Below, piece after piece: positions 46,107 to 58,500 of a DNA stretch of 64,000 nucleotides (its first letter is position 1; every line of letters starts with the position of its first letter). Under the pieces are notes generated by a model. It saw nothing but the letters and a program-made list of their open reading frames with translations, did no database searches and was not told where the DNA came from. The translations under genes and the position numbers were made by a program. This DNA comes from Eledone cirrhosa (taxonomy: Eukaryota): the NCBI GenBank assembly GCA_964016885.1, contig OZ024742.1:97712001-97776000 (forward strand), written 5' to 3'.

Positions 46107-46492
46107 TGGAGGCACATGGCCTAGTGGTTAGAGCATTGGCCTTGCAATCGAAAGGTTGTGAGTTCAATTCATAGACCGGGTGATGTGTTGTTTCCTTGAG
46201 CAAGACACTTTATTTCACATTGCTCTAGTTTACTCAGATGTAGAAATGAGATGATAGGACTGGGGTCCCTATCATTCCACTGCAAAGTGGTCGTGAAGGT
46301 GCCTGGACAATAAAGCACCCAGCGCACACTGTAAAGTGGATGTGTAGGCGCCATGGAAAATAAGCACCCAGCATTCACTGTAAATGAGGTTGGTGTTAGG
46401 AAGGGCATCCCGCTGTAGAAATCAAGCCAGAATCAGTTCCCGTCCCACCCTTGCAAGCAGGGAAAAGCGGACGTAAAATGATGATGATGATG

Positions 46493-46493
<1 letters not shown>
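46107..46493 (+). mobile_element. tRNA/CORE SINE head joined to an RTE 3' UTR and (TGA)n tail
   Basis: TGGCCTAGTGG, GAGTTCAATTC, CCTTGAGCAAGACACTTTA, then GGTGTTAGGAAGGGCATCC..CGGACGTAAAA(TGA)n. Confidence 0.72.
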
Positions 46494-46523
<30 letters not shown>

Positions 46524-47044
46524 AATGAAAATGTCTGTCTGTGTGTATGCAGGTGATGCATTTCTACAGTCTCCTTCTGAATTTGTTCAAATTTGATACA
46601 TATTTAGCTCCTGGAGCATCTCAACAATTAGTTAAATCTTGCTCTCCCACTAAAATAGCAGAGTTCTGGGGCTATTTAATGATAGCCATGTTGAGGAGTG
46701 AGGGGGGCTTTATTGACAGTGGCAAAGGTGGAGGAGGACAGATATGGTAGCAGTTTTAGTAGAAAAATACAGACGGGGTGAGGCACGTCTTTATTGATAG
46801 TGACGAAGGTGGAAGACAAGAGAGAAAGAAGAAGACAAACAGAATATCAGTGGGAGCCGTAACTACAGCCATAGTACTTTAATTTGGTTATTTGCTTTAT
46901 CTTATTATGTTGTGCTCGGCAACAACAGGCTCTTTTGATAGTATATCAAATATATATATACATATATCAGTTCCCGTCCCACCCTTGCAAGCAGGGAAAA
47001 AGCGGACGTAAAAATGAAATGAATGAAAAATGAAATGATACATA

Positions 47045-47911
47045 TCATCATCATCATCATTTTACGTCCGCTTTTCTCTGCTTGCAAGGGTGGGACGAGT
47101 CTTATTCAGCACAGCATCTCTCCACTCGTCACGGTCCTTCGTCATCTCCACCGTGAGCTTCAATGATCTGAGGTCTGTTCTCACCACCTCCGCCCATCTT
47201 TTTCGTGGTCTACCTCTACCACATCTTCCTTCAACTGGCATTTCCTGGCACTTCTTCACCCATCGGTCATCCTCCATGCGCATCACATGTCCATACCACC
47301 TCAGTCTTCTCTCCCGTACACTACATTCTATCCCTCTCAGACACAGTTTCTCTCTCAACACATTTATGCTGGGTCGTTCACGCACATTTATACTGCACAT
47401 CCAACGGAGCAGGCTTGCCTCATTTCTCTCCAGCCATCGCATATCCTCTGCAGTTGCTGCCCATGTCTCACTACCACAGGCATGTCTCCTCACACAGGCA
47501 TCATTGCTGCCCATGTCTCCTCACACAGGCATCATACAACCAGCCTTTCGTATGCAGGGAGAAACCCTTCTTCATCAGCAAAGGAAGCAGCTCCCTAAAC
47601 TTCTTCCAACCCGTCCTTTTTCTAGATACTATGGCCTCGGAACTCCCTCCTCCCATGCTAATCTGATCTCCTAGGTACCGGAAGCTATCCGCCACTTCTA
47701 TAGCACCCTCTTGCATTTGAAAAATATATCTATCAATGCGACTTCTACTGTCTAATTTCCCTGTACATCTACTGCATACATATTTCTCCCTACCTGTTAG
47801 TTTGGTTGCTATCCCGCTACATCTCTTCTGTACCCAGGATCTGCATTGTGTGCATTTTATAGAATTTATGCCAGTTCCTTTTCTGCATATCGAACATGGC
47901 CATTTCTCTGA

Positions 47912-47912
<1 letters not shown>
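47045..47912 (-). mobile_element. RTE 3' fragment (related subfamily, PHD remnant)
   Basis: [35 protein letters not shown]; internal ~30-bp duplication near 47455-47530. Confidence 0.88.
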
Positions 47913-47947
<35 letters not shown>

Positions 47948-48004
47948 GTTTCATAAAATCATAGTATTTTCAGCATGAAGGTTAGCAGTAAACAGGTGAA
48001 TACT

Positions 48005-48270
48005 ATCATTCTCACCGTTTTACGTCCATTCTTCCATGCTAGCATGGGTTAGACGGGTTGTCCTGTTGTAGGCAATGCCAGATCAGGTGACCATGTCTTG
48101 CTCATACAGAACTGATTTTAGCTTTAGTTCTACAGTTGGATGCCATTCCCAACACCAACCTCATTTACTGTGAGTACTGCGTGCTTTTTACTGTGGTGCC
48201 TACACAACCAATTTACAGTGTGGTGTGGATGCTTTTTTGTCATGACACCTACACGTCCACTTAAAAGTTG
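48005..48270 (-). mobile_element. RTE 3' UTR fragment
   Basis: Similar to 44895-45130. Confidence 0.75.
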
Positions 48271-48374
48271 GAGGGAGAGTGGCATAGGTATATAAAAAGT
48301 GAGAATGTCTTCTCATTGTTACCTCCACACGAGGCATGTTGTGATAGATGGATCTGGAATGCTATATGGAAGAT

Positions 48375-48897
48375 GAAAATTAAATCAAATGGGGAGGATT
48401 TGTTGGGACTGCTGGCTCAAAATATACTGGTGGATCCTAAAAATAAAAACTGCTACTAACCTAAAGCACAACCAGCATGATATTGTATGAGACAACACAT
48501 TAAAAACATGCTCTTTTCTAGAAGTTAGCTGCCCACTTGATGTCAATGTGGTAAGAAAATTGCCAGAGAAGGAGGATACCAACAGACCATTGATGAGTTG
48601 CTGATTTAGTATCCAAGGTAATAAAATCAACCCCATACCTGTCATTATTGGAGCTACAAGTTATATACCAATCCATCTGGACCGAAGTATAACTGAACTT
48701 GGATTTGTGGAGAAAGAATGCCACTCCTTAATTATAAAAATACAAATGGCTGCAATGTATGGAACCTTCAAAATTTGCAAGATATTATTATGGTTCAACA
48801 AGTGAATGCTTACATAAATGATGATGGATATTTCCTCTTTTTACAAACTTGCCATGAGGAAGGAGGCTGGTAAAAAATAAATAAAGTGAAAGAGAAC
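48375..48897 (+). mobile_element. Old degenerate Dong/R4 3' fragment
   Basis: [36 protein letters not shown] aligns with the copies at 16.8-23 kb; followed by (TACA)-rich repeat. Confidence 0.85.
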
Positions 48898-50299
48898 ATA
48901 TATACATACATGTACACACACACATCTATATATATACACACACACACATATATAAACGTACTTACATATACATACTTACATACATATACATACATATATA
49001 TATACATACATATATATATGCATACATATATATATGCATACATATATATATGCATACATATATATATACATACATACATATATTTATGTGTGTGTGTGTG
49101 TGTGTGTGTGTGAATGTGTATGTGTGTATATAATTAAATAAACACAAAAGTATAAAACTTTAATGAGTTTACCATATCTATGACATTGGTGACATCCTGA
49201 CAGAATGCCACAACACCACCTACCTTGAAATATTTGCCAACATTTAATTACCATATTAACATTATATATACCTGTTTTACCATTTTTTTTCTTGTTTCAT
49301 TAGTAGAATATCTAGACCAGACAAGATAAGACAAAAAAAATTCAACAAAAACTGAAACAAAATTTATATATAACAGAAAAATTGTCTTTATGGGTAATTA
49401 ATTATTCACGCACTGACTAAGTTATTTGTCCACATTTCAACAACAGCAACAACAGCAACAACAAAATCAACAATTGTCTCAATAATGGAGGTAATGATGA
49501 TAACAAAATTAATAATAATAATAATAATAATAAATCACGACTAACAGCCAAAAAGTAGACTAAAGTGTTAAAAACAATTTAACCCGCTCCTCACTCATTT
49601 TCTCCACCTGCTCCTCATCAGTAAGGTTAGATAAAAAAATAAAAAAATAACGCTAGTGAAAATTGCCTTTTTTATTGGAAAATAACAGACAAGGATATAT
49701 AGCCAATAGTAATACTACTATAATATAATTATTACTATAATACAATTAATAATAATTGTTTCTACTTTAGGCACAAGGCCAGCAATTACCCAGTGCATTA
49801 CTGGTACTTTATTTTATCGAAAAATGATTTCTAGCATAGACACAAGGCCAGTCATTTTGGGGGAGAGGAAAGTCGATTAATTCGAACCCAGTACGTTACT
49901 GGTACTTTATTTTACTGGTACTTTATTTCATCCTGTAAGGATGAAAGGCAAAGTTAACCTCGGCGGATTTGAACTCAGATCATAAAGGGCTGTAACTCTA
50001 TGCTACAAAACCTCTACCAATACTGCCAATCAACCACCCTTATAATTAATAATAATGATGATTTATTTTATTGGCCATAAGAGCTCATGGCATTGAGGAC
50101 AATACAAGAACAAAAGCAACACAGAGTGGGGTTTACTTTAAGTAGAGTAAAGGGGACATCACCTAAGAGAAAAACAGTAGGAATAACAATAATACAAATT
50201 GTAATATAAATAATATAAAGCAATAACGAATGTCAACAGTGAGAAGTTCCTCAATAGTGGGGACTGCATTTTAGGGTAATTTCAGAGAGAATCCCCCAA

Positions 50300-50975
50300 C
50301 AAAACCCTGGAATACTCAGGCATCTCATAGGCATTGAAAGTGCATCCTGGGCAGGTCTGTCTGACAGCACTTCCATGCCTGTAGAGTTTATCTCGAACTG
50401 GCAGTACAACCCTGGTGACACTACCAAGTGAGGGATTTCTGGAAGTTATCCATAGTCCCTGGTTCGAATGTCCTGCAGATCAGACTGGTCAGTTCAACTT
50501 CATCGATGCCCAGAGCCTCTCCAGGTACATCGTTGCACTTGCCTACCACTAATCCGCTATAGAATTTAAGAGTGGAAGTTCCACTGACCATATTGCCTGG
50601 TAGAGGGCAGTGAGTGCCTGGCAACATTCCAGATGCCTGGAGCCCAGTCTCGATCTCTTCTTGACCCAGGGCTGCAGCTCAGTCAAAGGGATGAGCTGCA
50701 GAAAGGCCTGTCTCACAAATGGCAACCACACCTGTTCACCGTTCAGACAGAATATTTGGAGATGCCAAGCCTTAGTGCCTCTTTGTGAATCATTGGCCAC
50801 GGCATACCCAGCCTTCTGCGTAGAGGGTGCAGGCAGCATATGGACCACTTTGCCAACAAAACCTGTCCCCTCTACAAGAAGTTGAAGAAAAGCTGTTCCA
50901 ATTTGGCGAGGGACAAATGGGGGTAAGGTACAATTGTCAAGCAGTAATAGATGACGGACACGGTGTATGTGTTCA
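50300..50975 (-). pseudogene. Tx1/L1-group LINE ORF2 C-terminal remnant
   Basis: Broken frames give ..WSICCLHPLRRRLGMP.., DNFQKSLTW and LPVRDKLYRHGSAVRQTCPGC. Confidence 0.6.
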
Positions 50976-53900
50976 ATAATAATAACAATTGTTTTTATTA
51001 TAGGCACAAGGGTAGCAATTGTGGGAAAGGGGAAGGTTGATTAATTTGACCCAAGTATGTTACTGATGTTTTATTTTATTGACCCCATAAGGACAAAAGG
51101 CAAAGCTAACCTAGGCAGAATTTGAACTCAGAATATAAAGGGCCATAGCAGGATAAAATGCATCCAGTTCTTGCTGTGATTGGTGATAGGAAGAGCATTC
51201 ACTCAAAATACTTTGACAAAAATTATGAAAAGCATAATTATATTCTCTATATTCTATTCATTTAATTACTTTGAAATATAATAAAAACAAATGCATTAAA
51301 AAATATTCATCCAATTATTTCGAAAGTTCTTGAAGCAATTACTGCATTTCTTATATAGTACTATGTTCAATTAGCATAGTATTTTCAGAAAATGAACTGA
51401 CCATGATAATTGGGTGTGTGAGTGTGGGGGTGGGTGGCATGTGAGAGTAAGTGTCTGTGTCTGTGTCTACATACATGCACATGCTTGCATCAGTTTTTTT
51501 TTTTTCTGAGAATACAAAAGAGAAATATTGAGAAAGAGAGATAATGGTAGAATCGAACCCAGTACTAGACTGGTACTTTATCAATCCTAAATAATTGTTT
51601 CTACTTTTGGCACAAGGCCAGCAATTACTCAGTGTATTACTGGTACTTTATTTTATCGACACTGTAAGGATGAAAGGCAAAGTTAACCTCTGCGGGATTT
51701 GAACTCAGATCGTAAAGGGACGTAACTACGCTGGAAAGCATGTCTGACCCTCTACCAATACTGCCAATTCACAATGAAAAGTAATTTTGGCCTTGGAGGA
51801 TTGGAATACAGAGCTCCATAAGGAATATTATTGATATTCTTATTGATATTATTGATATTCTTATTGATGTTCTTATGACAGTGTATCGCCTATATTTAAT
51901 AAGATTAATAAAATATATATTAAATGTAACTGACTAAAATGCTTTGAATGGAATTGTTCAGCATAGATGCAGTCCAATGACTGAAAGCAATAAAAGACTT
52001 AAAGAATACTTGATATTTGTATTTGTTTTGCAAGAATGTTTATGTTAAATTACAAGTGGAAACAGATATTTTTGTAGTTTGGTAGGGTCATGCTGCCGAT
52101 CAAACATACGCATCAGTTTATTTTGCTTTAAGGTTTATTAATCAGATGGTTAATTCATCAATCATTTGATAAATTAACTAATAGATGTTCGATGTCTCTA
52201 CCTAACAGCTTGTTGCCTTATCGGTGACTATTGCCCTCTGTGCCTCCTGTTTGTCCATACTTCAGGTTTTCTGCCAGTCTTCTTTCAGCGCCTTATGTCA
52301 GAGTGGACTATGTGCAAGCATGCACCAAAGTGCAAATGTGTGACCTTTGCAGACTGTTTTTTTGTCTGTGTTTTATTTATTTATTAATATATTTTATTTA
52401 TTTTTGAACATTTTTCTGAAAAGACCATGAATTAGAATGGTTTTGTTTGATGAGCAAAGTATTACGCAGAGAGTAGAAGGCAAACAATGAGTTGCATAAT
52501 AGAAGAATGTTGTAAAGAAAAATTGAATGAGATAGTCAAGTCAGGTGTTGAGGAAAGACGAAAGTGACTGGGTGAAAAGCATGCTGGAAAGGAATGTGGA
52601 AGGAAGCAGTAGATGGGGAGGACCAGAAACGTCATAGCTAAAGATAATGGAGGAATAATTGAAAGCCAGGGGGTTGGCAAGCAGGGACTCAGGTGATAGG
52701 GCAAAATAGAGAAGCTTGCCATGGAGCCCGCAAGGCTGAAACCTTATTTTAGTAAGGAAAATGGCCTTAAAATGCCTATTGTATCTCCCTATTTATTAAT
52801 ATTAGTATTATGAAAGTAAAAGAATAATTGATCTAAAATTGTATCATCTTGTATATGCTTGCCTTTTGAAAATTATGGAATGTGCTTTTAAAGAGTTTTA
52901 ATTACAAATTCTCCAAGCTGATCAAGTGGCTGCTTAGAAGTTTCCAAATTATCTTTATATTTTTTGTTGTTATTCCAAACTATGTCAATTAAATTTGAAA
53001 AAATAAATAACGTTTAATATTTCCTTTAATTAACCTCTTAATTATTCTGAAAACTTGATTTAAATCTTTTTTTTGTTACAAGGCAGTGATAAAAATACAT
53101 CAAATAATGTGCTTAACAGGTACTTAATGTATTAATGCTGGAAAGATGAAAAGCAATGTTAGCTTTAGTGGGATTTGAACTCAGAATGCAGAGAACTGGA
53201 ACGAATATGCCAAAATATTCTATCTGATGCTCACTTTACCATCGATTTGATTAATAGAGATCAATAAAATAAATACTACAGGCAATATTAGTGACTAAAA
53301 TCCTTAAAGACGATATCCCACTACAGCTGCATTCCAATAGCTGTAACCAATAAATGAGTAAAACAATACATTTAAATCTATTTAAAGTGAAGAAATAGGG
53401 CTAAATGGTTAGGGTTCTGGGTGATGAAAACAAAAAGATGTGTAAGTGAATATATTTTGAATGTGTACAAAAAATAAACAACAAAAAATACAAAATGCCC
53501 TCTATATTGATATACAGTTGAGAATTTAGAATGTTCAGGTTGGACAATAGTAGACTCGTCCAATGAGTGACATTTGTTGTCCAAGTTTCGACCAATCCAT
53601 ACATGCATATTCTAATACTAAAAGTGTTCATCATGATATGCCCAATAATAAAGATATTGCAAATATTTGAATTAACAAACCAGTTTTTATATAATCTCCA
53701 CTAAATTATTACAAAATATTATGAGTTAAGGTGTTTTGATCACAAATTCTTTAAACAGATCAAGAGACTGCTTAAAAGTTCCCAAATTGTCTTCATATTT
53801 TTGTTCAAATTTTGAACAATGTAAATTAAATTCAAGCTAATTAGTAAAAATAAATATCAAAATAAACCAAAAATTGTTCAATATTTCCTTTAATTAACCT

Positions 53901-54899
53901 CTTAATTATTTTGAGGACTTAATTTTAAAAAAAAGTCTTTACTAGACAATAATAAAAAATACATTAATGAACAAACAAGCTTGACAAATATTGGTAAAAG
54001 CCTATTCAAACACTTAGCTGGATATTTGTAATAAAGTTTCACTCCGTTTTGTGATTAAGTAAAAGAATTTATGTAAAAGAAAACCACAACCACCACCACT
54101 ACTAATAAAAATAATGTTTTTTTATATAGGCACAAGGCCAGCAATTTTTGGGGAAGGGAAAGTCAATTAAATCTACCCCAGTGCGTGACAAGTACTTTAT
54201 TCATGAAAGGCAAAGTTAACCTTGGTGGGATTTGAACTCACATCAGAAAGAGCTATAATTCTCTGCTGCAAAGCATGGCGTTCGATCCTCTAACGATACT
54301 GCCAATCCACAATAATAAAATTTCTTTTTACAGAAACAATATCTATTTTATAAAAGTGAAATTAATTTCAGTTTTCATTTTTAACTTGCACTTGAAACCT
54401 GCACCAACAAAACTGATAACAACCCCATTTAGTGGAAATAATGGTTTCTGATTTAGGTACTAGGTTATAAATTTGTGGGGAGAAGGAGATTGATTAAATC
54501 AACAACCTGTGCTTTGACGAGAACTTTATTTTATTGAACCTGGAAAAATGAAAAGCAAAGTTGACTTCAACAAGATTTGATACCAGGAATTAAAAGGCAT
54601 TAATAATATATTGCAATGGATTTCATCCAACAAACTAATGATTCTGTCAATCCAATGCCCTAAGATTATTGGAAATAATGATTTCTGTTTTAGGCACAAA
54701 TCCAACAATTTTTGAGGGAGTGGAAAGTCGATTAAATCGATGCAACTGCATATTTTATTTCATCTACCCCATAAGGATGAAAGACAAAGCTAACCATGGC
54801 AGGATTTGAACTCAGAATGTAAAGGATCATCACTCTATGTCGCAAAACATGATGTCCAATGTTCTACTGATACTGCCAATCCACTGCCATTAGAAATAA

Positions 54900-55500
54900 T
54901 GATAATGATTTCATTATTTGCCCCTGGAGTGGAAAACTTAAAAAATAATACAATAAACAAGAACAGTGAGAGTTTACATAGAATGAATAAACAGAGAAAC
55001 AGGTAACAATACATTGTTAACAACAGAATTAACTAATGAGGGAACACCATCCAGGATTAATTAAAGAAATCTCTAAATCACCAAAGGCACCATAGGCAAA
55101 TAACAATCTCTTCTGTTCCTTCCAGCCTACAATCTCATTCACTCGAGTCATTCATGCTACATTCACACATCTTTTAACAAAAATACTGGATGGAGCACTT
55201 CCCACTCCACCCTCAACTTCATTACCAAATGGAACTTTAAAAATTTGATAAGGGCTAAAGTGGAATGCATCTGACTTCAGTTGTTTTTAGCCTTGTCTAC
55301 CAGACAGATAAAAACTACCTGTTCTTCCCAGCCAAAAGTATGTGGTGGGCCTATCTTCATGATGAAGTTGGCTGAGAGATGGCTTCATCCTACATGTGCC
55401 AACAGCTGTTTGGCAAAACCTCACAAGTCAGCAATGCATAGACACTAGATTAGTGCATGCAAAACAATTCAACTTTAGTAGTTCTTCCAATCTGCCACCT
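54900..55500 (-). pseudogene. Tx1/L1-group extreme C-terminal remnant
   Basis: ..VLHALI*CLCIADL*GFAKQLLAHVG.. resembles the region after the zinc knuckle. Confidence 0.5.
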
Positions 55501-58500
55501 CTGGATTGGTACTTTATCAACCCAGAACAATGAAAGTCAAAGTTGATTTCAGTGGAATTTTGAAATCAGACTGAAGAGAGCTGGAACAAATACAGATGTT
55601 CAAATGACTCTGCTAATTCATCAAACTAGAACAGTGGAAGGTATCCTGATGCCTTGCAGCAGAGTTGACTCTACCAAATGCACCTTCAAAGGGCCTGACC
55701 AAGTTGCTAACTCTTTTGATTATCAAACTACCCCTGGTTCATCTATACAGATCAATTTACGTTAGTGTTTATATTCATCTACAAAATCGTAAATGATAAT
55801 TTTAGATACAAAAATTATTTTATAAACTCTTTCCAAATTTTAATTATTTAAAAAATTATTTAAAAAACCAAGTGTCTTTCATTGGGGCATAGTAAGAAAA
55901 TGGTTATAACAGGTGACAGATTAAGTCTAGTGTATGTAGATTGCAAAAAATAAAAATATCTGGAATGTAGACACCACAATGTATCAAAATCAGTCACTTA
56001 TATCTTAGTATTTTCCCAAATTTCTACTTACATATCAACACAGTCTCCATATTATTTTCTATTCTGGCTTTTCAATACACTCACATATATACATAGAAAC
56101 AGATATATTCACATACACATATACACACAGAGACAGATATATATACATACAAATTTATTCAAAGCAACAAAAAACAACATAATAATGATGACAGTGATGA
56201 TAATATTAGTAGTAGTACTACTACTAATAATAATGATTCCTACACACATATATATATAATGGTTGAAACCAGTAAGAGACTATGCGTATTTATCGTATAT
56301 ATAGATTGATTGATAGATAGATAGATGTGTAAACATACATGCACAGACATATGAAAAAATACATCTATATTCACACGCATTCACACACATATACACACAC
56401 ATGAAATCAACCATACATATGCACAGAATTAGCCATAACCACTGATATACAAGATATGATGTATGATTCACCATAACTGGTTTTTTAAAAGATATATCTT
56501 TTACAAGTTTAAAAAAAAAAAAAAAATGATATATTTCTTGTTACAATTTGCCAAAAAATAAAATATACACACACACTCCCATATATATATAAATATACAC
56601 ATTCTCACATACACACATATATATATGTATGCGCAGGCAAAAACAGATATATATGTATATATATACACACACACACATCCACACGCACACACACACATAT
56701 ATATATATATATATTTATATATGTATAAATACAAACACAATTTAACATTAAAAAAAAGATGCAAAAAACAACTGAAATGTGAAATAGAAGAAATTTTAAA
56801 GCGATAAACATCACAGAAGGTTCAACATAATTGTTAGTGACAAGACAAATGTCAACGATTTTAATCAGTGAACCAGAAGTATGGAGCCTCCCTCTCTATA
56901 GCTATGGCTAGTCTTTCACTTATTTAGTTATTTTTTGTCTGCTTTTTTATTCTTTAAGTCATATTTCTGGAAAAAATCTGAACAAATGTTAATACTACTA
57001 TTGCTAATATTGCTACTACTACTAACACTGCTGCTACTACTACTACTACTACTACTACTGCTACTACTAATAATAATAATTGTTTCTACTTTTGGCACAA
57101 GGCCAGCAATTACCCAGTGCATTACTGGTACTTTATTTTATCGACCCCGTAAGGATGAAATCAAAGTCAACCTCGGCGGGATTTGAATTATTATGTTATT
57201 ATTATTATGTTACGTCCCGTAAAGGGACGTAACATAATAATAATAACAATAGCTATTTTTAATTTTAGCAATTTTTTAGGGAAGAGGATTTCAATTAAAT
57301 TATTCCCATTACTTAGCTGTAACTCTAGCATATTGGCCCTGAAAGAGTGAAAAATAAAAATGATATTTCACTCTTTCAGGGCCAATAAGATGACATTGGT
57401 TGGATTTGAACCTAGAATGTAAGGTGTTAGAACAAATACTCCAATGCATTTGTCTGATGCTCTAAACCCAGCAAATCTACTGCATTCTTCATTGGGACTT
57501 TGTCTTTCATCTTTTCAGGGTAGATAAAATAAAGATGACCTTGATAGGATTTGAAATCTGAACCAGAAGAACTGGACACATACTGCAAATATTTGTCAAA
57601 TACACTAATAGTTCTGTAAATCCATAACCCAGGATAATAATGGTTTCTAATTTTGGCACAAGGCCAGCAATGTTTGAAGGGAGGGAAAGTCGATTGTATC
57701 AACTCCACTATGCAACTGATATTTTAATTTATCAACCCCAAAATGACAAAAAGCATATTTGGGATTTGAACTCAGAATATAAAGGAATGTAACTACATAT
57801 TATAAAGCATTTATTCTGACGTTCTAAAAGTTTTGCCAAACCACAATGGTTGATAATGGTGTTTAATTCAGGTAAAATACCAATAACTCTAGGGTAAGAG
57901 AAAGTTGAGGAAATCAACCCTGGAAGGTGGAGTTGACCTCAGTAGTATTTGAACTAAGAGTCAGAACAAATACTGCGAATAATTTAATCTGACAATAATT
58001 TAATGAGCGAGTCAATTTGCCACCATAATAAAAATAAAATTAACAATTGATGATCCGTCTAAACCCATGCTAGCGTGGAAGATAGACGTTAAATGATGAT
58101 GTTGATGATGATGATGATAATCTCTAAGTGTTTTAAATTTATGACATGTTTCATACCCATTATAGTGTCGTTTTAGAGGCAATGTTTTAAAATGAGATGT
58201 ATTTTCTGGTGCTAACTCTTTTAGTCATCTATTACAGATATGTAATATCTAAACTGTATACACACAGTATTCTCCTAATGATTTTATTTTATTGACCTGC
58301 AGAAAAGTGAAAGGCAATGTTGATCTTAAAAGTATTTGATCTCACAATGTAAATAGCCAGAACAAATACCATAAGGCATTTTATTTGACACTCTAATGAT
58401 AATAGTTTCTACTTTTTGACACAAGGCCAGCAATTACCCAGTGCATTACTGGTACTTTATTTTATCGACCCTGTAAGGATGAAAAGCAAAGTTAACCTCG

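Noticed and set aside
49585-49630. CUGAUGA..GAAA on the minus strand, also a short exon-like frame (LTDEEQVEKMSEERVK)
   Set aside because: No stem II or III pairing, and no convincing splice sites.
56990-57080. PolyS/polyL ORFs
   Set aside because: (CTA)n/(TAA)n trinucleotide repeat at a SINE tail.
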